This document shows positions 12,370 to 22,636 of a stretch of DNA of 64,000 nucleotides, piece by piece. The first letter of the stretch is position 1. Each line of letters opens with the position of its first letter. Source of the stretch: Selaginella moellendorffii (Eukaryota; Plantae; Lycopodiophyta); the NCBI RefSeq assembly GCF_000143415.4, contig NW_003314311.1:1124769-1188768 (forward strand), given 5' to 3'. Both the position numbers and the translations under genes were made by a program. The notes under the pieces were generated by a model. That model searched no databases. It was not told where the DNA came from and saw nothing but the letters and a program-made list of their open reading frames with translations.

Positions 12370-13521
12370 TGTAAGGAACCGATTCCCTAAGATGTCGTAG
12401 GCTAAAGGATCCCCGAAAGCATGACTGAAATGACAAAGAGTTTATCGGATGGGACCGAGTCGAAGATTGAGTCCAAGACCGACTCTGAGACCGAGTCGAG
12501 ATAGAGTCCGGGATCGAGTCCGAGACCGAATCAGAGACCGAGTTCGAGACCGAGTTCGAGACAGAGTCCGAGATCCAAATCGGGTCTGAGACCAAGTCCG
12601 AGGTTGAGTCCAAAGTCGAGTCCGAGATCGGGTCCGAGATCGAGTCTGAAATCGAGTCCGAGACCGAGTCCGAAGTCAGGTCCGAGATCGAGTCTGAGAT
12701 TGATTCTGAGACTAAGTCCAAATACTAATACAGCTCAAGGGGTGAAAGCCCAAAGCATGCATCTCCCAGGGGGGGGGGGGGGGGGGCTGCAAGGGGTTCC
12801 AAAAGTATAGTAGGGATAGTGAGGTCTAGGAACCAGTCTTGAAGGAACTCTCCAATGGGGCTTCCAAACCGACTTGAGGTTGAGACTAGGGCCGAGGGGC
12901 CTTGGGTGGGAGTGAGCATGGGCTTGAGTGGTGCCGGAGGGGCCACCTAGGGAAGTGCTCAAGAGCAGCTCCCACTCCCGAAAGGGAAACCGACTGCAGT
13001 GCTCCCGGCTCATGTGGAGTGGTGCCCCACTTGAGTACCTTGTGGCTCATTGGTCCTCGCCCTTCCTAGGGGCTTGGGCCTTCCCTTCGGGATGGAAGTG
13101 CGGGGGTAGAGGTACCCATACCGGGCCGTTAGGCCACGGTGTTTCTCCCTGACGTCCCGAAGCAAGTGCTGCACCCAAGGCTTGGGATTTAGAGGGTCCC
13201 ATGATCAAGTCTTGTGGTACCAAGGGGTGTTAGGAATCTGGAGGCTTGGTGTGCTTGGCTGCTTGTGCCTGCGGGGAGTGTAACCGAACCTTAAGTCCAG
13301 TCTAACCCGGGGAGGGGGATTCGGAGAGATTTGGGAATCCGTAGATGGATGGCTAACACTTCGTTGCTCGTGTAGTGAGTAGCTAAAACCAAGTAGGACC
13401 AAGTAGGAGCTGGTACCATAGGCGAGAACCTTGGCGAGGGACCTTAGCACAAGCCAAGGCAGTGTTGGTCGGATAGACGAGGTAAGCTGGCAAATTGGAA
13501 AGGAAAAATTTGTGGCTTACA
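12370..13521 (+). repeat. 5' LTR of copy B (1152 bp)
   Basis: TG...CA termini; direct repeat of 18755-19900. Confidence 0.95.
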
Positions 13522-13547
13522 ATTTGGTATCGAAGCATTTTTCTCAG
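13482..13547 (+). other. Candidate 66-nt leader intron spanning LTR end and PBS
   Basis: GAG|GTAAGC donor, CTTAC branch-like motif at 13516-13520, TTTTTCTCAG acceptor 33 nt before the gag ATG. No coding frame to confirm. Confidence 0.55.
13525..13536 (+). promoter_or_regulatory. Primer binding site, tRNA-iMet-like (TGGTATCGAAGC)
   Basis: 3 nt downstream of the 5' LTR; resembles the canonical plant iMet PBS TGGTATCAGAGC with two mismatches. Confidence 0.8.
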
Positions 13548-16500
13548 TTCTAGCGAAGGATAGAGGTGGATTGCTGGGAGATGGCAAAGGCAGGGCGTAA
13601 GCGAACCTAGGCGGAGATAGAACCTCCGCCAAAGCTAGAGCCTCCGGTCGAACAAGAGGCTATGGATGAGGAATCCTTGCATGAGGAGGACTCCAGTGAG
13701 GAAACATCCAAACAGGAGTCCGGTGGCGAGGTTCGGTCGTCCAAGGCTCGATTGGACGTTCTAGAAGGACAATTGGCACAGACCAATGCCCTGCTAGAGA
13801 CTCTCGTACACAAGCTAAATTGTGACGAGAAGCGGAAGAAAAAGCGAAAGACTGCGGATGCTGGCAGCGCAGAAGGTGTGGACCCTTCGGCAGGGACTAA
13901 GGCAAAACCAGACAAGGTCGAACAGACCGAAGTGGAATCAATCCCTCAGGCAGTTCCCAAGTACAAACCAAAGCCCCCACCGGTCTTCAAGGGAGTGAAC
14001 GACTATAAGGTGGTGGAGGATTGGTTTTATGATATGGAGAACTACTTCTGAGCGTTGCGATTACCGAGCTCGGAGAAGGTCCCATATGCAAAACCATACT
14101 TGGCAGATAATGCCAAGTCTTGGTGGAGAACGACAAAGGCCAACGAAGGACCGGTGGCCACTTGGGAAATGATGAAGGCGAGGATTCGCGCAACTTACGT
14201 TCCTCCGAATGCTACTCTGCATCTAAGGGACGAGCTGAGTAGGCTGAAGCAGACCAGAACCATTCAGGAGTATGTGAATAGGTTTATGGCAAAGAGGATA
14301 CTTGTCATGGACATAAGGGATATGGATGTGTTCCATGCCTTCATATCAGGTTTGCAAACCTGGGCTCGCGATGAAGTGATGCGATGGAACCCGACCAACT
14401 ACAAGGAAGCGTTGGATGCGGCCATCAAGGTGCATTTCAACGATAACCTGCGAAAGGGGAACACGACGGGGTCAAGATGCACGTTTAGCAAAGGGGCCAA
14501 ACCAAGGGGAACGTTTAGCAGAGGGAAATTCAAGAAGAGTTTTTCTAAGAATGAGTCTTCGGGGTTCCGGAAAGGCAAATCTGGTGGCCAGCGAGCGAGT
14601 ACGTGGGGGAGTCAAGCGAAAAGAGACAAACCCACAGATAAGAAGGTCAAGTCATATAGCAGCGTGGGAAACAACGTATGCTACAACTGCGGTGAAGCGG
14701 AACACTTTTCGAGGGAATGTCCCTACCCGAAAAAGGCCAGAGCCAATATGGCCATCAAGTCGGGTGAAGTCCAAATTAAGATATGTGATCCAGTCCCTAA
14801 CTCAAAGTTACTCATTACACGAGCAACTTTGGTAGAGAGTCGTTCGCGACATCTACTAGCCCTCCGAGGGAAGCTCGGAGGTAGCTTTGTTAAGATCCTT
14901 ATTGACACGGATGCTTCGGATAATTTTGTGGCTGCAGACATAGTCCGGCAAGCCGGACTAATGGCGTAGCGGCTAGGCGAACCAAGGACTATAGAGTTTG
15001 TTCAAGGTAGCCAAAGCACCGATGAGGTACTTCGACAAGCGAGAGTCGAAGTAGGGACATGGAAAGTGGACATGGATTTCACTGTGTTGGACATGGTGGG
15101 ATTTGACGTGATCTTCGGAATGGACTGGTTCAATCGGTTCGTGGTAGCCCTGCATGGACGAGGTAGAAACCTTGTGGTACTGGCGAATGCCCAAGGAAGA
15201 AGATCTAGGGTGGAGGCCTAGGATCTAAAGGTAGGGCAAAGCAAGGCCAAAGAATCCTGCTTAAACTTGGTGTCCACGAGAGGGCAACTCACTAAAGGAA
15301 CTAAGGCAGCATTTTTGTGCTTACTCTCGGTGAAGAGTGACAAAAAGACAGGAACGGAAGAAGTACCTTTAGTGATCCAACGGGTGTTGGACCAATTCCA
15401 GGATACCATGCCGGAGGAGTTACCGGCGGGGTTGCCCCCCACACGATCGATAGAACATAAGATTGAGCTGGTCGAGGGTGTTGAGGCAGTGGTTCGTCCC
15501 CCCTATCCTTTGAATGAGAAAGAACTCGAGGAGCTCAAGCGCCAACTAGAGGAGTTGGTGGACAAAGGGTATGTTAGGTTGAGCAAGTCGCTGTATGGGG
15601 TGCCAGTGTTATTTGTGAAAAAGAAAGATGGATCTATGTGCATGTGCATAGACTACCGATTGCTCAACAAGTATACAAAGAAGAACAAGTACCCTTTGCC
15701 CAGGATTGAGGACCTGTTTGATAGGTTGGGAAAGGCAAAATACTTCTCGAGAATTGACCTGAGGTCAGGATACTACCAAATCAGGGTAGCAGAGGAAGAT
15801 GTCGAGAAGACAACCTGTCGAACTAGGTATGGGAGCTTTGAGTTTCTGGTCATGCCCTTTGGGCTGTGCAATGCGCCGGCAACGTTTTTGGCATTGATGA
15901 ACCATATCTTTGTACCCTATCTGGATCACTTCGTGGTCGTCTATATTGACGACATCCTAATCTATAGCGAGATGCTAGAGGAGCATGCCGAACACTTGGC
16001 GAAGGTATTTGAGAAACTAAGGGAACACAAATTGTATGCTAAAGAGAGCAAATGTGACTTTGCTCAACAAGAGGTAAAGTTTCTTGGGCATGTGGTGGGC
16101 CAGGACGGGCTCAAGGTGGACCCAGAGAAGGTCCAAGCGATCCAGGAATGGGAGCGACCATCAAATATACATAAGTTGAGGGCGTTCTTAGGGCTATGCA
16201 ACTACTATCGAAAGTTTATCAGACACTATTCGAGAGTAGCCCTGCCCTTAACGGACCAAATGGGAAAAGGGAAGATGGTATGGACAGCGGAATGTGAGGC
16301 GGCATTCGTCCACCTTAAAGGGAAGTTGAGGAAGGCTCCCATGTTGGCATTACCAAACTTTGGTAAGGACTTTGAGGTAGAAACGGATGCTTCGGACTTT
16401 GCGTTGGGTGCAGTTTTGAAGCAAGACAACTATCCAATAGCGTTCTTCTCGAAGAAGTTGGACAAGGCTCAACGGAAGTGGCCTGCCCACGAGAAGGAAT

Positions 16501-17454
16501 TGTTTGTGGTGGTCAAGGCGCTCAAGGATTGGCAACACTACCTTGGGAGACACTTCAAGGTTTACACGGACAATGTGGCAACGAAACACTTCTTGTCACA
16601 GCCCGACCTGAGAGGGAAACAAGGTCGGTAGGCCAATGCCTTGGCCGAGTTTGATTGCGAGATTCTGTACAAGCATGGGAAGAGCAACATCGTGGCGGAT
16701 GCGCTAAGTCGAAAAGCGAGCTTGAGGTTGGCGATATCCAACGCAACAGCAACCTTCTGGGACGAGGTGCAGACAGCATATGAGAACGATGGTCTAGCAC
16801 AAGAAGTGTTGCTGAGGAATCTAGAAGCACGGGAAGCTCACCAGAGAGGTGAGCTGCCAACGGAAGAAAAAATGGGCTATGCGGAACGCAACGGACTCAT
16901 CTATTACAAGCAAAGGAGGGTGTATGTTCTAGAAGGGGAACTAAGGAAGGTAGCCTTAGAAGAGTGTCATAACGAACCTCTTGCGGGACACGGCGGAGTG
17001 CCTAAGACGATGGGCTTACTCAAGAGGAAGTACCATTGGCCAGATATGGCTAAAGATGTCCAAGACTATGTAAAGACATGTCCAACATGTCAGCAGGTCA
17101 AAGCCGTGACTAAGGCTAGTGGGGGCTTGTTGCAAAACATCCCAATTCCAGATCATCCGTGGAAATGTCTTACGATGGACTTCATCACGAGACTTCCCCC
17201 AAGCGAGGGGTTTGATGCGATATTCGTGGTGGTGGACCGATTTTCGAAAATGGCACATTTCATACCCACCATAACGGAAGTGGATGCGGAAGGTGTGGTG
17301 AAGCTGTTTTTCGAACAAGTGGTTCGAGTGCGGGGAAGGCCGGAAGAGATCATCTCAGACCGAGATAAGATCTTCACTAGTAGGTTCTGGAGGACTCTCC
17401 TAGAACAGTATCGCACCAAGTTGAAATTCAGCACAGCCTATCACCCACAGACAG

Positions 17455-17501
17455 GTATGGGGTATTAAATCAAGTTGGTTGGCACTAACACTTCTTGATA
17501 G
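17455..17501 (+). other. Integrase intron 1 (copy B), 47 nt
   Basis: GT...CTAAC...TAG; splicing gives HPQT-D-GQTERVNR. Confidence 0.85.
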
Positions 17502-17919
17502 ACGGACAAACGGAAAGGGTGAATAGGCAGCTGGAGGATTATTTGCGATGCTATGTCTCAGGAGACCACACCGATTGGGTAAGTCATTTGGGACTTGCGG
17601 AAATGTGTTATAACAACTCACCATATTCGAGTATCGGGGTGAGTCCATGGGAAGTCATCAATGGGCGAGCTATTGAAGGTCTTGTGGAGCTCGGTGTGGC
17701 CGAGTACCATGGAGAGTTACTCGCAGTGGAGGCATTCATGGCGGAAAGACTCAGCATTTGGAATCTAGTGAGGGATTCCTTGGAATGGGCTCAACAAAGG
17801 CAAACCAAATACGTGAGCCAGAAGCGTCAAGATGTAGAGTTCCAAGCTGGGGAAAAGGTGTGGCTGAACACCAAGAACCTCAGGCTACCAAGTGGGATCA
17901 GCCGAAAGTTGACCCAAAG

Positions 17920-17971
17920 GTAAAAATGCATGTATTCCTGTAAATGAATTGATTTTGAGTTCTTTAAGCAG
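17920..17971 (+). other. Integrase intron 2 (copy B), 52 nt
   Basis: GTAAAA...GCAG; splicing gives KLTQR-FAGPYEI. Confidence 0.85.
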
Positions 17972-18740
17972 GTTCGCGGGGCCTTACGAGATCGAGACAC
18001 GAATCGGTAAAGTGGCTTACCGACTCCGACTTCCTCGAGAGATGGGGAAGATGCACCCAGTGTTCCGCGTGAACTTACTCAAGCCGTACTTTGAGGATCC
18101 GCTTCGCAAGGACCAAGTAAGACCTTTACCTGAGGTTATCCAAGGGGAAGAGGAATACGAAGTTGAGGCCATCCTCAATGCGCGCAAGAGCAAGCGACAA
18201 GGACGCGAGGTGAAAGAGTTCCATGTGAAGTGGAAAGGATTTCCACACTGCGAAGCAACGTGGGAACCGGAGGAGAACCTAGAAAACGCGCGAGATCTAG
18301 TGGAGGAATTTCTGCAAGGCAGAACTCTATGTATTTATGCAAAGTTCAATTAAAGTATCAATTTGTGGAGTTGAGCAATGGCATATGTTGGGACCCGAAA
18401 GCGCGCCGAAGGTAAGCTAATTAGCATGGGTTAGCTAGGTCGACCAGGCGTAGGGCACTACGCCCAACTCCCCGCGGGGATGTCAAATCCATAGAAATAT
18501 TCTACGGAGGTTGGGTTCAAGTCCCAACCCCCTAGTAAAGCAAGGCTGGGTTCAAGTCCCGACCCTATACTAGGGCGTGGTGAGGTGAGGAGTGTAGGGA
18601 CACCTATACTCCGTTGTCATGGCTCTTGGCCAGGGAGGCTAACTTAGGCACACCGCTAAGTGGGGGGATGCCCCCGGAGACATGGTCAACAAGTCATAAG
18701 ATAAAAAAGAGACGTTCGATGTGGGCATCGAACTTCTTTT

Positions 18741-18754
18741 ATGGGTGGTGGAGT
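18741..18754 (+). promoter_or_regulatory. Polypurine tract (ATGGGTGGTGGAGT)
   Basis: G-rich tract immediately 5' of the 3' LTR; same at 2568-2581. Confidence 0.75.
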
Positions 18755-19900
18755 TGTAAGGAACCGACTCCCCGAGATATCGTAGGCTAAAGGATCCCCG
18801 AAAGCATGACCGAAATGACAAAGAGTTCATCGGATGGGACCGAGTCGAAGATTGAGTCCAAGACCGACTCTGAGACTGAGTCGAGATAGAGTCCGGGATC
18901 GAGTCCGAGACCGAATCGAAGACTGAGTTCGAGACTGAGTTCGAGACAGAGTCCGAGATCCAAATCGGGTCCGAGACCGAGTTCGAGGTCGAGTCTGAAG
19001 TCGAGTCCGAGATTGGGTCCGAGATCAAGTCTGAAATCGAGTCCGAGACCGAGTCCGAAGTCGAGTCCGAGATCGAGTCTGAGATCGATTCTGAGACTAA
19101 GTCCAAATACTAATACAGCTCAAGGGGTGAAAGCCCAAAGCATGCATCTCCCAGGGGGGGGGGGGCTGCAAGGGGTTCCAAAAGTATAGTAGGGATAGTG
19201 AGGTCCAAGAACCAGTCTTGAAGGAACTCTCTAGTGGGGCTTCCAAACCGACTTGAGGTTGAGACTGAGGCCGAGGGGCCTTGGGTGGGAGTGAGCATGG
19301 GCTTGAGTGGTGCCAGAGGGGCCAACCAAGGAAGTGCTCAAGAGCAGCTCCCACTCCCGAAAGGGAAACCGACTGCAGTGCTCCCGGCTCATGTGGAGTG
19401 GTGCCCCACTTGAGTACCTTGTGGCTCATTGGTCCTCGCCCTTCCTAGGGGCTTGGGCCTTCCCTTCGGGATGGAAGTGCGGGGGTAGAGGTACCCATAC
19501 CGGGCCGTTAGGCCACGGTGTTTCTCCCTGACGTCCCGAAGCAAGTGCTGCACCCAAGGCTTGGGATTTAGAGGGTCCCATGATCAAGTCTTGTGGTACC
19601 AAGGGGTGTTAGGAATCTGGAGGCTTGGTGTGCTTGGCTGCTTGTGCCTGCGGGGAGTGTAACCGAACCTTAAGTCCAGTCTAACCCGGGGAGGGGGATT
19701 CGGAGAGATTTGGGAATCCGTAGATGGATGGCTAACACTTCGTTGCTCGTGTAGTGAGTAGCTAAAACCAAGTAGGACCAAGTAGGAGCTGGTACCATAG
19801 GCGAGAACCTTGGCGAGGGACCTTAGCACAAGCCAAGGCAGTGTTGGTCGGATAGACGAGGTAAGCTGGCAAATTGGAAAGGAAAAATTTGTGGCTTACA
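18755..19900 (+). repeat. 3' LTR of copy B (1146 bp)
   Basis: TGTAAG...CTTACA followed by TSD CACTG. Confidence 0.95.
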
Positions 19901-21087
19901 CACTGCTGCGGCGTTATGCATTTCGCCAGGGATCACCAACGATGTCATCGGAGTTCTCAACGTCTTTTTATGCTAGCACTTGTCCCGATCTCCCTCAAAT
20001 CGTGAGAAGTGTGATTCGCTTTGAATTTTCCAATGACATTTTGAGTTTTCAACTGTGGAGTGATAAATATGTTAAAGGCTATATTATCATATAATTTCCC
20101 CTTTTTCAATTGGTTGGTGAAATTTTTTTTGCTACTTTGGAGTAGGAAAATATATGGTGCTTGCTTCACTTAGATTAGGATTAACTTGTTGTAGTTAGTG
20201 ATGAAACACAAGTGAAAAATCATGAGAAGGAAATAAGTGGGAGATTATTTTAAGCCTAGATAAAAAATTTGATGATTTACAAATGAAAAAAGTCTATATT
20301 AATGGGAACAATAGTATATAGTTGGTTAATTAGGATGTGATTATAGGATGAGATTTAGATAACTATCATTATAGATCCTTGAGATAAATAGCTATTAAAT
20401 TTATTTTTATTAAGTAATTACCTTTTCTCCAGTTGACTTAAATAAAATATGTTACATTTGGGTAGGATGGGTTTAATTCCTAAGAAAGCGGCACATTCAC
20501 AAAAATGAGGAAACCGAAGTGGCATAATATTTACATATAGGAGAAAAAATATTAAAAAAAACGAGAGGCACATCACAATTATAAGAAAAGGGTACAACAT
20601 TCCATGCGTAAGGAACTTAAGAGAAGGCGGCAAAGAGTATCGTGCCACGCCATTCGTGCTAGACAAGCAACGGGGATGCGGACAAAAGCTTGGTTTCATC
20701 TCACGGGCGGAAAACCTTCGACCTCTCCAAGTTTTCCCTGTCAAACTCATGCTGAAGAGAAACATAAAATGGAAAAAAAATATTAAAAAAAGAGAAAAGA
20801 AGATAAGAAAAAGTCACCAAAAAGAGAAAAAATATTAAAAAAAGGAGGAGGAAGACTTTTAAAGAGGATGAAAAATATTAAAAACGAAGGAGAGAGGAAA
20901 AAGTCTATGGCAGAGGAGACAAGAAAACATAGTAGAGTGGGGAAATATAATATAGTCAAAAGTTCAATAGATGCTAGCTGTCATTGAATTTTGTTATTTC
21001 CAATCCAACAGAGGAGAAGACAAAAGAGAAAAATTGTATAAATAGACTTCATTTGCGACGGGTGGAAGAAAATTTTTACTGATCAAA

Positions 21088-22132
21088 ATGCAGCGATTCA
21101 AACTTCAAGCTCCAGTCGCCTTTGCCGCATTACTGCTAGTGCTAGCACTGCTGCGGCGCTATGTATTTCACCAAGGATCACAAATAATGTCATCAGAGCT
21201 CTCAACTTCTTTCTATGTTAGCACTTGTCCCGATCTCCCTCAGATCGTGAGAAGTGTGATTCACTCTGAATTTTCCAACAACAGTCGATCTGCTGCATCA
21301 ATCCTCAAGCTCCACTTCCAAGATTGCTTCGCTGGAGTAAGTTAGAAATTAAAATAGCGTTGCTCATTAATGGCTGCCAGGGCTGCGACGGATCGCTGCT
21401 CCTCCAGCGAGGAGATGGGCGCTCCGCCAAGGGACTCAAAACCATCAACAACGTCAAGCGCGCCGTGGAGACTTCATGCCCGGCAACAGTATCGTGCGCG
21501 GACATTCTTGCGCTGAGCGCCCGTGAATCCGTCATAGCCGTGAGTGAGAATCTCCATCGCGGCTTGAGTTGATCATTCTCTTTCGACTTTGCAGCTGGGC
21601 GGCCCTTCATGGACAGTAGAATTTGGCCGACGGGACAGTCCCGCGACCGTCGCCGCCGCAATGGAGGCCATTCCCAGCCCAAACCTCACCGCAACGCAGC
21701 TCATCGAGCGCTTCCAAAGGCGGGGTCTTTCCAAGCGTGATCTCGTAGCGCTTTCAGGAGGCCACTCCATCGGCCAGGCCCAGTGCTCTGCATTTAGCGC
21801 ACGCCTCTTCAATGGAACCCCAGGAGATAGCATCGATCGGGCCTTCAAATCTCGACTCGAGAAGAATTGCCCTCCAACAGCCCCAGACAGATTGACCAAT
21901 TTGGATCCATCCCCCACCACCTTCGACAACTTGTACTTTCGAGCTCTCCTGGCCAATCAGTCGCTCCTCTTTTCAGACCAGCAGCTCTTGCAGAGTGATC
22001 TGGTGGGCTTTGTCAAGGAGTTTGCGGCCAATCAGCAGACGTTCTTTACCGCGTTCGCCGCTGGCATGATCAAAATGGGCAAAGCTCTCGCCAATCACAG
22101 GAGGGCATGGTGAAATTCGATCCTCGTGCTAG
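21088..22132 (+). pseudogene. Class III peroxidase-like copy B with a late +1 frameshift
   Basis: Near-identical to copy A but GGCAAAGCTC (extra A at ~22081) alters the C-terminus and removes the last Cys; could be a sequencing error. Confidence 0.75.
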
Positions 22133-22636
22133 TTTTTTTCCTATACATGTAAATCTATTCCTCACATAAAAATATACACCACAGCCTTGACTAGAGAAAG
22201 GAATGTTGGCATATCCCGTAGCTTGATGATGGTGGTGGAAATTTTCTCGTCCTGCTAAATCACTCTGGTGAGAGATTCCATTCTTCCCAATCAAGATCCC
22301 CCTTAAGCTCGGCCACTTGGCCAATGAGCCAAGATTTTCGCCGCGAGCCAGGGCACGTCATCGCAGCCGCATCGGCGAAATTTCAATTCCCACGGTTAGG
22401 AATCTTCAACTCCCTGCGAATAACGAAACCGAAGCTTTGACAATGGCGAAGAAAGAGGCTGCACTCTTAAACCCTAACGTTAATATATATAAACCTTAGG
22501 TTTTAGACGTATTGCCACGCAATGGCGAATATTCACTGGCATATACTTGCTTGCTGTGGAGAAAATTTTGTGCTGCCTAGGGCTAGCTAGGCGCTGCGAT
22601 CGGTAGGAGTGATGCGCTTGGGCGCTCGGTGTCGTC

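Larger units (their letters stand above)
13581..18353 (+). pseudogene. Single-frame gag-pol polyprotein with two introns (17455-17501, 17920-17971) and five in-frame stops
   Basis: Gag with CYNCGEAEHFSREC knuckle, protease IDTDAS (from DTGAS), RT YIDD, RNase H ETDASD, integrase HHCC/DDE, chromodomain. Stops at 13608, 14049, 14967, 15219, 16629, all one transition from CAG/CGA/TGG. Confidence 0.93.
12370..19900 (+). mobile_element. Full-length Ty3/gypsy chromovirus LTR retrotransposon, copy B (7531 bp)
   Basis: Two LTRs with TGTAAG/CTTACA termini, 5-bp TSD CACTG (12365-12369, 19901-19905), PBS, PPT, order gag-PR-RT-RH-IN-chromodomain. Confidence 0.97.

Noticed and set aside
13608-16631. Programmed readthrough at in-frame gag-pol stops
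   Set aside because: Five stops scattered within domains, each a single transition from a sense codon; simple decay explains them.
17455-17971. Ribosomal frameshifting as the cause of integrase frame changes
   Set aside because: Extra 47 and 52 nt lie inside conserved motifs and contain stops; only precise excision restores the motifs.
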